Notes: generated by a model from the letters alone, not told the origin. DNA of 24,000 nt from an uncultured Actinomycetota bacterium (GCA_963709895.1 CAVPYD010000014.1:77693-101692); one strand, 5' to 3'. Shown: positions 1 to 11,504, counted from the stretch's first letter. Numbers and translations are program-made.

Positions 1-324
1 GCCGAGATGCTCTGCCAGCGCGACGATGTCGGAGGCCGCGGCCGGATCATCGTAGGCGTCGAAGCTCAGGTCGCTGTCGCCCTGACCCCGCAGGTCCATC
101 GTCGCCACCCGGTAGCCGGCCGCGACCAGGGCGGGCGTGAGGTGACGGAAGGTGCTGCGCAAGTCGCCCATCCCGGGCACACCGATGATCAACGGCCCGG
201 TGCCGGACAGGTCGTACGCGATGCGGCCCTTCCCGCGGTCAAGGAAGTGGGTGTCCGGTGTCGACGCGGACGGGGCCGACGTCGATGGGGATGATGAGCT
301 GCTGGATGCTTGGCTGTTAGGCAT
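1..324 (-). CDS. Alpha/beta hydrolase, N-terminal part (gene runs off the left edge)
   Basis: Reverse translation MPNSQASSSSSPSTSAPSASTPDTHFLDRGKGRIAYDLSGTGPLIICVPGMGDLRSTFRHLTPALVAAGYRVATMDLRGQGDSD... is typical of the alpha/beta hydrolase N-terminus (oxyanion-loop PGMGD, MDLRGQGDSD). Open to position 1. Confidence 0.85.
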   Translation of the reverse strand, partial: MPNSQASSSSSSPSTSAPSASTPDTHFLDRGKGRIAYDLSGTGPLIIGVPGMGDLRSTFRHLTPALVAAGYRVATMDLRGQGDSDLSFDAYDDPAAASDIVALAEHLG

Positions 325-331
325 AGCCAAA

Positions 332-360
332 AAGCTATAGCTATTAGCTGGTGTTGTCAA
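332..360 (-). promoter_or_regulatory. Sigma70-type promoter TTGACA-N17-TAGCTT for the alpha/beta hydrolase
   Basis: Minus strand: TTGACA (355-360), 17-bp spacer, TAGCTT (332-337). The predicted start site falls at or next to the ATG at 324. Confidence 0.6.
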
Positions 361-461
361 GGCCTCACTCGGAGTCACGATCGTCAGGGCGACCCTAGGT
401 CGCGCGGGCGTCCGGGGCGCCGGACGGGCACAGTGAACCCGACGACTCAGATCGGAGATCG

Positions 462-962
462 ATGACCGACACCACCCCCGCAGGCGGCGGGTCCACTTCC
501 GGCTTGAAGGCGCGGCTGCGCGCCGACCTGACCACCGCCATGAAAGCCCGCGACCCGCTGACGACCGGCACCCTGCGGATGGCGCTGGCCGCAGTGACGA
601 CCGCCGAGGTTGCCGGAACCACCGCCAAGGAGTTGACCGATCAGGAGGTCATGGCCGTGCTGACCAAGGAGGTCCGCAAACGGGCCGAGGCAGCAGAGGC
701 GTTCGCCGGCGCGGGCCGGACCGAATCGGCCGAGAAGGAGCGTGCCGAGGCCGCAGTGCTGACCGCGTATCTGCCGTCACCATTGACCGACGAGGAACTC
801 GGTGCGCTGGTCGCCGAGGCGGTCGACGGGGTCGCGTCGGCTGTCGGCGGACCGGTGACCATGCGTCAGATGGGCCAGGTGATCAAGGCCGTGCAGGCCC
901 GCGCCGACGGCCGTGCGGACGGGTCGCGGGTCGCGGCGGCGGTCAAGGCCGCGCTCGCCTGA
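462..962 (+). CDS. GatB/YqeY domain-containing protein
   Basis: ORF 462..962; protein LKARLRADLTTAMKARDPLTTGTLRMALAAVTTAEV...LPSPLTDEELGALVAEAV...QMGQVIKAVQARADGRADGSRVAAAVKAAL is a YqeY-family pattern. Confidence 0.9.
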   Translation: MTDTTPAGGGSTSGLKARLRADLTTAMKARDPLTTGTLRMALAAVTTAEVAGTTAKELTDQEVMAVLTKEVRKRAEAAEAFAGAGRTESAEKERAEAAVLTAYLPSPLTDEELGALVAEAVDGVASAVGGPVTMRQMGQVIKAVQARADGRADGSRVAAAVKAALA

Positions 963-1035
963 CCCGGATGCGCGCGGTCGGTGGCGGTGCGCAAAGCTAG
1001 GGCCCGTCTCGTCCCGTCACGCTGCCGGAGGCACC

Positions 1036-2502
1036 ATGAGCGACCCTGCGACGCAACCCAAGGCCGACATCGGAGTCACCGGGCTGGCGGTGATGGGCTC
1101 CAACCTGGCGCGGAACTTTGCCAGGAACGGCTTCGTCACGGCGGTGCACAACCGGTCGTACGCGAAGACCAAGGCGCTCATTGCCGAGCACGGATCGGAC
1201 GGCGCGTTCGTGCCGTCGGAGTCGTCGGCGGATTTCGTGGCCTCGCTGGCGGTGCCGCGGAAGATCCTGATCATGGTGAAGGCCGGCGGTCCGACGGACG
1301 CGGTGATCGACGAGCTGGCCGAGCTGGTGGAGCCGGGCGACATCATCATCGACGGCGGGAACGCCAAGTTCGCCGACACCCGCCGACGGCAGGCGGCGTT
1401 GCAGGAGAAGGGGATCCACTTCGTCGGCTGCGGGGTGTCCGGCGGCGAGGAGGGTGCGTTGAACGGCCCGTCGATCATGCCGGGCGGTTCCGCGAAGTCC
1501 TACGAATCGCTCGGCCCGATCCTGGAGAAGATCTCCGCGCACGTGGACGGTGCGCCGTGTTGTACGCACATCGGCACGGACGGTGCCGGCCATTTCGTGA
1601 AGATGGTGCACAACGGCATCGAGTACGCGGACATGCAGTTGATCGCGGAGGCCTACGACCTGCTGCGCCGCGGCGCCGGGCTGTCGCCGGCGGAGATCGG
1701 CGAGACCTTCGGCGAGTGGAACAAGGGTGATCTGGACTCGTTCCTGATCGAGATCACCGCCGAGGTGCTGGCGCAGGTGGACGCGGCCACCGGCAAGCCG
1801 TTCGTGGACATCGTGCTGGACGCCGCGGGGATGAAGGGCACCGGCACCTGGACCGTGCAGACCGCGCTGGACCTGGGTATTCCGGTGTCCGGGATCGCGG
1901 AGGCGGTGTTCGCCCGCGGCCTGTCGTCGGCGACCTCGCAGCGGGCCGCGGCGCTCGGGAAGCTGCCCGGCCCGAACAGCTCATGGACGGTGAAGGACGT
2001 TCCCGCGTTCGTCGAGGACGTCCGGATCGCGCTGTACGCGTCGAAGATCGTCGCCTACGCGCAGGGCCTGGACGAGATCTTCGCCGGCGCGGCCGAGTAC
2101 GGCTGGGACATCAATGTCGGTGCGGTGGCGCGGATCTGGCGCGGCGGCTGCATCATCCGGGCGAAGTTCCTCAACCGGATCACCGAGGCCTATGACAACA
2201 CAGCCGTGGGTTCCGAAATCCCGGCGTCGTTGCTGCTCGCGCCGTACTTCACCGACGCGATCACCACGGCGCAGGATTCCTGGCGTCGGGTCGTCGCCGG
2301 CGCGGCGCAGTCCGGTATCCCGACGCCGGGATTCGCGGCGGCGCTGTCCTATTACGACGGGCTGCGTTCGGAGCGGCTGCCGGCCGCGCTGATCCAGGGC
2401 CAGCGGGACTTCTTCGGCGCGCACACCTACAAGCGCGTCGACAAGGACGGGGTGTTCCACACCCTCTGGTCCGGCGACCGCACCGAGGTGCAAACCGCCT
2501 GA
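1036..2502 (+). CDS. gnd: NADP-dependent 6-phosphogluconate dehydrogenase
   Basis: ATG at 1036 in frame with ORF 913..2502; GLAVMGSNLARNFARNGF, DGGNAKFADTRRR, GCGVSGGEEGALNGPSIMPGG, KMVHNGIEYADMQLIAEAYDLL, and C-terminal FGAHTYKRVDKDGVFHTLW are hallmark motifs. Confidence 0.97.
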   Translation: MSDPATQPKADIGVTGLAVMGSNLARNFARNGFVTAVHNRSYAKTKALIAEHGSDGAFVPSESSADFVASLAVPRKILIMVKAGGPTDAVIDELAELVEPGDIIIDGGNAKFADTRRRQAALQEKGIHFVGCGVSGGEEGALNGPSIMPGGSAKSYESLGPILEKISAHVDGAPCCTHIGTDGAGHFVKMVHNGIEYADMQLIAEAYDLLRRGAGLSPAEIGETFGEWNKGDLDSFLIEITAEVLAQVDAATGKPFVDIVLDAAGMKGTGTWTVQTALDLGIPVSGIAEAVFARGLSSATSQRAAALGKLPGPNSSWTVKDVPAFVEDVRIALYASKIVAYAQGLDEIFAGAAEYGWDINVGAVARIWRGGCIIRAKFLNRITEAYDNTAVGSEIPASLLLAPYFTDAITTAQDSWRRVVAGAAQSGIPTPGFAAALSYYDGLRSERLPAALIQGQRDFFGAHTYKRVDKDGVFHTLWSGDRTEVQTA

Positions 2503-2713
2503 CCGCGCCCCCTTTTCGGCGCGGATCAACTTCGCCGGCGCGGATCAAATCGTTCGGTTCTGTCACTCAGGTCCCAAAACCGCGACGATGATCCGCGCGA
2601 CGGGCGGGGCTGGTTTCGTGCTGGAGCTCGCTGATGACTGCCGATGTCTACTGCGATGACTACTGCGGCTCGGCTGACGCTCGAGCCCGGGCCGGAGCGG
2701 GATTGTCGGTGCC

Positions 2714-3710
2714 TCACGCCGCCCAAGGTGGGGTCAGCGTCCAGCACGTCGGCGCCGGCTGCCCTGACCGGAGCCTCGCCGCCTCCTGGGCCCGCCGGAC
2801 GATTTCCGCCGGCCGGGCCATTGCCAGACTCCAGCCGTACCTCGCTATGCCGAATGAGAGGGAGCGGAGCAGTCGCTCCCGATCCCGGTCGGCCCGGACG
2901 AGCGCCGCGGCATCGAGCCGGTTGTCGTATTTCACCGCACCATCGGCCTCCAGGATCACCCCCTGCTCCGGCAGCAAGTGGTCGGCCCGGAACCACTGCC
3001 CGGCCACCGGGATCCAGGCATTCGACACCGGCGCGGGCAATCCGGCGCTGAGAAAAGCGAAGCGCCCCAACGACTCCAGCGGGCTCTCGGCGCGCGGGTC
3101 AGCATGCTCGACGACCCACCTCGCGGATTCGATGCCCGGGTAGCTCTCCATGTTGGCGACGATGTTCGCGAGGACCTCCCGATGCACGCCGGACGCGAGA
3201 ACCCTGTCCGCAACGACGATTCCGTCGCGCGTTCCGTAGTGCCGGGCAATGTCGATCACGGCATACGCCGGACTTACCGTGAACACCCGACCGCGCCGTG
3301 TCTGATGGGAAGGCGGCAGGTAGCCGTGACGGACCCGGCCGTACGGCGAGCGATCGTGCCCGATGTGCGCGTTTCCCGGCCGCAGGGCTGTCGGGCGGTC
3401 CGGTGGATCACCCACCATCGGGATCTCCAGCACGGCCGCAGCGGCAGCGCCCGTCAGGAAGGTGTCCGGACCGGCAGGACAAGCTGAAGGCGATCGAACG
3501 CAGTCGGAAGGCTTCCCACGGCGCGGCCGCCTGGAGGGTCGCGGTCGAGACGAACGCGGCCTTGCCCAGTCGGGTGAGCTCGCCGCGGTCAGCCGACCGG
3601 CGAAGCACCGACCTCGGAATTCCGGCCGCCTCCGCGTCCCGCGCCAGGATCACCGGGCCATGGTGGACGAACAAAGCCGCAACCTGTCGGCGGTCAGCCA
3701 CAATCCGCAT
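2714..3710 (-). CDS. AbiEi-antitoxin-like N-terminal domain fused to a DUF559/Vsr-like nuclease-fold C-terminal domain; one apparent frameshift near 3467-3473
   Basis: N-term (ORF 3408..3710): MRIVADRRQVAALFVHHGPVILARDAEAAGIPRSVLRRSADRGELTRLGKAAFV. C-term (ORF 2714..3433): ESPLESLGRFAFLSAGLPAPVSNAWIPVAGQWFRADHLLPEQGVILEADGAVKYD. Removing one base near 3467-3473 joins them as ...FSLSCRSDTFLTGAAAAAVLEIPMV... Confidence 0.65.
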
Positions 3711-4100
3711 GCCGCGACCCTGCGAGCCGAACCCGCGTCGGCGTCCAAAGGTCCGTCACCGATTTGTGGACAACTCGAGGGGTGGGGACAACTCCGGAGG
3801 ACAAGTCAGCTTCCTGACGGGCTCGCGGCCGCTGGTCGATGGCCTCAGTGCCCTGTGGTCAACGGACTCGGGCCCCGGTCGTCAATGGAGTCATGGCGTC
3901 AATGGACCGTAGCTCAATGACACTGCCCCACATCCGCGCGGATCAAATCGGCTACTCCAGCCCCACCAGTCCCACAACCGCCACGTTGACCCGCGCCGGC
4001 GATGTTGATCCGCGCCAACGGGGGCGGGCGGGAACGGGGGACGGGCGCAGCGCGCACACCAGGGCACGCCGCCGCGGAGCCGCGCACTAACCTGATCGGA

Positions 4101-5937
4101 ATGAGCTCTCCCGTCCTCACCGCGGTGGCCTGGCCCTACGCCAACGGCCCCCGCCACATCGGCCACGTGTCCGGGTTCGGCGTCCCCGCCGACGTCTTCT
4201 CCCGCTACCAGCGGATGGCGGGGAACGACGTCCTGATGGTGTCCGGGACGGACGAGCACGGCACCCCGATCCTGGTGCAGGCGGACGCCGAGGGCGTCAC
4301 CGCGCGCGAACTCGCCGACCGGTACAACCGCGTCATCGTGCAGGACCTGCAGGGTCTCGGGCTGTCCTACGACCTGTTCACCCGCACCTCCACCCGCAAC
4401 CACTACGCCGTGGTCCAGGAAATGTTCCGCACCGTGCACCGCAACGGCTACCTGGTGGCCAAGACGACGATGTCGGCCATCTCGCCGTCGACCGGCCGCA
4501 CCCTGCCCGACCGGTACATCGAGGGAACCTGCCCGATCTGCGGGTACGACGGAGCGCGCGGCGACCAGTGCGACAACTGCGGCAACCAGCTCGATCCCAT
4601 CGACCTGATCAACCCGCGGTCCAAGATCAACGGCGAGACACCGATCTTCACCGAGTCCGAGCACCTGTTCCTCGACCTTCCCGCGCTCGCGCAGGCGCTG
4701 GGGGACTGGCTACGGACCCGGAACGACTGGCGCCCCAACGTGTTGCGGTTCTCCCTCAACCTGCTCGACGACCTGCGGCCGCAGAGCGATGACCCGGGAC
4801 ATCGACTGGGGCATCCCGGTGCCGCTGGACGGCTGGCGCGAACGCCCGGACAAGAAGCTGTACGTCTGGTTCGACGCCGTCATCGGGTACCTCTCGGCGT
4901 CCATCGAGTGGGCGCGCCGGTACGGCGATCACGGCCGGCCGGACCCCGACGCCTGGGAGAAGTGGTGGTCGCCGGACAGCGCGGGTGCCCGTGCCTACTA
5001 CTTCATGGGCAAGGACAACATCACCTTCCATTCGCAGATCTGGCCGGCCGAGTTGCTCGCCTACGACGGCAAGGGTGAGCGCGGCGGCGCCCCCGGCCGG
5101 CTGGGCACGCTCAACCTGCCGACCGAGGTCGTCTCCAGCGAGTTCCTGACGATGAGCGGCTCCAAGTTCTCCACCTCCCGCAAGACGGTGATCTACGTCG
5201 GCGACTTCCTGCGCGAGTACGGCCCCGATTCGCTCAGGTACTTCATCGCCGTCGCCGGGCCGGAGACCCAGGACGCCGACTTCACCTGGGAAGAGTTCGT
5301 GCGGCGCAACAACTTCGAACTCGCCAATGAATGGGGGAACCTGGTCAATCGGTCGATCTCCATGGCGCACCGCAATTTCGGCCAGATCCCCACCCCGGCA
5401 ACGCTTTCCGAGATCGACGCCGAACTGCTGAGGGCATCGGCCCAGGGGTTCGAGACGGTCGGAGATCTGTTGGCGCGCAGCCGGTTCAAGGCGGCCTCCG
5501 GCGAGGCGATGCGCATCGTGAGTCTGGCCAACAAGTACATCTCGGAGTCCGAGCCGTGGAAGCTGGGCGACGACCCGGAACGGCAGGGCACCGTGCTGCA
5601 CACCGCCCTGCAGGTGGTCGACGACGCGAAAACCCTGTTGACGCCGTTCATTCCGCATTCAGCTCAGCAGGTCTTCACCGCGTTGGGCGGTGCCGGGGTG
5701 TGGGCCGCGCAACCGGAGATTCGTGAGGTCACCGATTTCGCCGACGATGTCGAGGGGATCGGCGTCCCCGAGGTGGTCGACTACCCCGTTCTCACCGGCG
5801 ATTACGCCGCCGAGCAGGCGGTGTGGGCCCGCCGGGACATCGAACCCGGCCGACCGCTGGCCAAGCCGACTCCGCTGTTCAGCAAGCTGGATCCGAAACT
5901 CGGGGAGACCGGCCCGCCGTGGGCGCCGGTCGGCTGA
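4101..5937 (+). CDS. metG: Methionyl-tRNA synthetase; apparent single-base insertion near 4782
   Basis: [56 protein letters not shown] then [16 protein letters not shown]...[19 protein letters not shown]...KFSTSRK. Removing a C at 4782 gives the expected [13 protein letters not shown] junction between ORFs 4002..5078 and 4789..5937. Confidence 0.95.
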
Positions 5938-5953
5938 TCGGCAGGACACCGAT

Positions 5954-6857
5954 GTGGGACGAGCGGCCGATGCACCCGCAACGACGACTGCCACCACCGG
6001 GCCACACCCGGTGACGGGCGACGTCCACCCGGCGGTCGCCGACCGCCCGCTGGCTCCGGCGCCCGAGCCGCTGCCCGCGCCGGTCATCGACGCGCACACC
6101 CACCTGGACGCCTGCGGCTGTGCGACGCCGGACGACGTCGCAGCGGCGATGGCCCGGGCGGCAGCGGTCGGGGTGCGGGGCGTCGTCACCGTGGCGGACG
6201 ATCTGGCGTCCGCCCGCTGGGTGGTGCGGGCGGCCGGCTGGCACCCCGCGGTGTACGCCGCAGTCGGGCTGCACCCGACCAGGGCGGACCAGCTGGACGA
6301 CGCTGCCCGCGCCGAGCTCGAGTTGCTGGCCACCGACCCGAAGGTGGTCGCCATCGGCGAGACCGGACTGGACTACTACTGGGACTACGCCGGCCCGGCC
6401 GACCAGGCGGCGGCGTTCGCCTGGCACATCGACCTGGCGAAGCGGCTGGGCAAGCCGCTGATGATTCACGACCGGGACGCGCACGCCGACGTGCTGGCGA
6501 TGCTGCGGAGCCGAGGGCCCGCCGGACACGGTGATCTTCCACTGCTTCTCCGGTGACGCCGCGATGGCCGCGGAATGCGCCGAGGCCGGCTACGTGGTCT
6601 CGTTCGCGGGACCGGTGAGTTTCCGCAATGCCCGGGCGCTCGTCGAAGCGGCGAGGGTGGTGCCGGACGGGTTGCTGATGGTCGAGACCGACGCGCCGTT
6701 CCTCACCCCACACCCGTTCCGGGGCAAGCGGAATGAGCCGTTCGCGCTGCCCTACACGGTGCGTGCGCTGGCCGGGATCCGGTCGGTTGCGTTGGACCAG
6801 CTGTGTAATTCGGTGATGCTCACCACACGAAATGTGTACGGTCTGCCCGATTTGTGA
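5954..6857 (+). CDS. tatD: TatD family hydrolase; apparent single-base insertion near 6511-6512
   Basis: VIDAHTHLDACG, IGETGLDYYWD, KPLMIHDRDAHADVL, then in the next frame VIFHCFSGD and VETDAPFLTPHPFRGKRNEP. Removing one C at 6511/6512 gives LRSEGPPDTVIFHCFSGD. The GTG start at 5954 is the most plausible but unproven. Confidence 0.92.
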
Positions 6858-6940
6858 CGAATTCCCTGTCGACTCATCGTCACGTTGTCCGAGTCATGAC
6901 CGTTATGCACGGCTCGGGTTGGTTGCCTCGCTGTGCCCTC

Positions 6941-6980
6941 GCCGTTACCCTCCTGTGATAACAGCCGGGATGGGGAAGTT
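6941..6980 (+). promoter_or_regulatory. Conserved upstream element of rpf copy 1
   Basis: GCCGTTACCCTCCTGTGATAACAGCCGGGATGGGGAAGTT; aligns without gaps to elements at 9131-9170 and 11311-11350. Confidence 0.65.
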
Positions 6981-6994
6981 CCGGGTGCGTCAGG

Positions 6995-7063
6995 GGCAGG
7001 ACTGGTCGGCATCGATGCCGGCGCGGCGTCAGTCCGCGCTGGTCGATGGGGACGAGCCCTGCC
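6995..7063 (+). ncRNA. Candidate structured 5' leader of rpf copy 1 (cis-acting)
   Basis: Closing stem GGCAGGACT (6995-7003) / AGCCCTGCC (7055-7063), one A-C mismatch. It encloses CGGCA-TCGA-TGCCG (7007-7020) and GCGCGG-N7-CCGCGC (7021-7039). Pairing found by eye. Confidence 0.35.
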
Positions 7064-7150
7064 TTTTGTGTGCCGCGCGGCGCCTTCGGTGGCCCGTGGC
7101 CGCTGGCGCGCCCTGTCGCCTGCCCGGGCGCTTCGACGTTCGGACGTGAT

Positions 7151-8688
<1,538 letters not shown>

Positions 8689-8702
8689 CCGCGCAGCTCT
8701 CC

Positions 8703-8740
8703 ACGAGGGGCCCGTGCCGCCGGCGGCACGGGCCCCTCGT
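8703..8740 (+). terminator. Perfect 38-bp palindrome/terminator hairpin after rpf copy 1
   Basis: ACGAGGGGCCCGTGCCGCC|GGCGGCACGGGCCCCTCGT, 19-bp perfect arms, 15 nt after the stop codon. Confidence 0.8.
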
Positions 8741-9130
8741 GCTGTCAGTACCGACCGGCGCCCGCCGGCCCGTCGATCTCCCTGAAGGGCGATCTCCCTG
8801 AAGGTCGACGTCACCGACGGGCCGATTCGTCACGTCCCTGGGTGCGAAGCACGCCGGAACGAGGCGTGGCGACACCGTCAGGCACTCTGCTTGGTCACGG
8901 CCGTCACGACAGCTGTGGTAACAGCGCGCGACCACCGACGCGGCTGTCACTACCCGGATGCCGTGCACCTGAAACGTGACGGCGGTCACCCTGCGGGGCC
9001 GGAAAACGTGACCGCGGCCACCGGATCCGCCATCCTCCGCGGCGCGAATGTGGCGGGCGCCACAAAACGCGTGAGATTTCGGTGAGGCCTGCACCACAAT
9101 TCCCACACAGGGGTATCACAAACGTTGCGG

Positions 9131-9170
9131 GTCCGTTATTGTTTCGTGATAGCAGCTGGGATGGGAAATC
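9131..9170 (+). promoter_or_regulatory. Conserved upstream element of rpf copy 2
   Basis: GTCCGTTATTGTTTCGTGATAGCAGCTGGGATGGGAAATC; gapless match to the element upstream of rpf copies 1 and 3. Confidence 0.7.
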
Positions 9171-9186
9171 ATCAAGCGCAGCGGAT

Positions 9187-9262
9187 CAGGTAGAGGCCGA
9201 GACCCCGAGCACGTCGGGAACGAGCCGACTGGCTCGGCGGAAGCCGAAACTACAGCTACCTG
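9187..9262 (+). ncRNA. Candidate structured 5' leader of rpf copy 2 (cis-acting, three-way-junction-like)
   Basis: P1 CAGGTAG (9187-9193)/CTACCTG (9256-9262); P2 CCCGA (9204-9208)/TCGGG (9214-9218); P3 CGAGCC (9221-9226)/GGCTCG (9231-9236); alternative hairpin TCGGC-GGAA-GCCGA (9234-9247) excludes P3. Confidence 0.45.
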
Positions 9263-9340
9263 GCAGGTATTCAAGAAATTGCGTGATACCACCGCCGTGC
9301 CTTGAGCCCTGCCTGGACACTACCAAAAAAATCGGATTGA

Positions 9341-10609
<1,269 letters not shown>

Positions 10610-10693
10610 TCGCTCCTGGTAGGCAGTAGCGCAAGCAGCTCCGAGCAGTGACGAGTATTGATCGGCAGCCGCCCGCGGGCGAGCGCTGAGCCA

Positions 10694-10734
10694 CCTCGAA
10701 GCCCCGATCCGCACCGCGGGTCGGGGCTTCGAGG
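10694..10734 (+). terminator. Terminator hairpin downstream of rpf copy 2
   Basis: CCTCGAAGCCCCGA / TCGGGGCTTCGAGG, perfect 14-bp stem, 13-nt loop. Confidence 0.8.
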
Positions 10735-10910
10735 CGTCCGGGGACGCATGCGGCAGAGCGCGCACGGTCGCTGCCGGGACGCTTGGATCGCGCAGCGCTG
10801 CCCGGCCGTGACGTCCGTCGATTCCGGGCAGCGCGCGGTGTCCTCGTCGAACGAGACTGCGTTCCGGGTCAGGCTCGCAGCGCTTCGTGACGTTCGCGCG
10901 ACGGGATGCC

Positions 10911-11150
10911 GGGCGCTGGGCCGGTCACCAGAAGATGCATCTGCATCAAGAATGGGTCCGCCGAACCTCGACCGTCGGCTCACCGCCCGGGAAAGATGCG
11001 CTGGCATCGACTCGGGTGCTGGCCCGGTCACCAGCCGCACCAACATGCGCACGCATCGACCGGCGAGCGATCCGACGACCACGACGAACGAGCAGGTCAC
11101 GGCGGGATTTCCGGCCCTCAGTCCACTCGCCGACACGATGCGTCCGCATC
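10911..11150. repeat. Repeat/palindrome cluster: 21-bp direct repeat (10911-10931, 11014-11034) plus four GATGCR-NN-YGCATC-like palindromes
   Basis: GGGCGCTGGGCCGGTCACCAG vs GGGTGCTGGCCCGGTCACCAG; palindromes at 10934-10947, 10995-11008, 11044-11057 and 11137-11150. Confidence 0.6.
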
Positions 11151-11256
11151 GATCACGGCCCGGCAGCGACCAACCCGCGAGTATGGCCACGCCCCGCCGG
11201 CACCGCCCCGCTCCAGCCGGGAAACGTGATGCTTCTAACAGTGAAGGTCGAGTTTA

Positions 11257-11297
11257 GACAACGTTGTCAGCATCTTTGTGAGACAGGCAACGTTGCC
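11257..11297. promoter_or_regulatory. Pair of perfect 12-bp AACGTT-centred palindromes upstream of rpf copy 3
   Basis: GACAACGTTGTC (11257-11268) and GGCAACGTTGCC (11286-11297), centre-to-centre distance 29 bp. Confidence 0.5.
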
Positions 11298-11310
11298 ATC
11301 CGGTGGCTGA

Positions 11311-11350
11311 ACCGTTACAGTTTCGTGATAGAAGCCGGGATGGGAGATCA
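11311..11350 (+). promoter_or_regulatory. Conserved upstream element of rpf copy 3
   Basis: ACCGTTACAGTTTCGTGATAGAAGCCGGGATGGGAGATCA; gapless match to rpf copies 1 and 2. Confidence 0.7.
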
Positions 11351-11365
11351 CCGCCCGGGGTTTAC

Positions 11366-11424
11366 CGGGCAGGCGCCCGATTGAGATTTCCCCGAATGTG
11401 TATGCGGGTTTTTGCGCCTGTCTG
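11366..11424 (+). ncRNA. Candidate structured 5' leader of rpf copy 3 (cis-acting)
   Basis: CGGGCAGGCGC (11366-11376) / GCGCCTGTCTG (11414-11424), 11 bp including two G-U pairs. An alternative GCCCGG (11353-11358)/CCGGGC (11365-11370) competes for the left arm. Confidence 0.3.
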
Positions 11425-11504
11425 AGTGTTTTGGCCGCTGTGCCACACACGAATTCGGTGAATCCCTTCCCCTGCCCGGAAACATCGACACCATCGGATG
11501 TGAC

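Noticed and set aside
3881-3906. GTCAATGGA repeated 17 bp apart (with GTCAACGGA at 3858)
   Set aside because: Short 9-mer in a region of no other structure; too weak to claim a regulatory or iteron function.
10658-11257. 199-aa plus-strand ORF between rpf2 and rpf3
   Set aside because: Composition typical of random high-GC frames (Arg/Pro/Thr-rich), no domain signature, and overlaps repeats and a terminator; treated as noncoding regulatory DNA.
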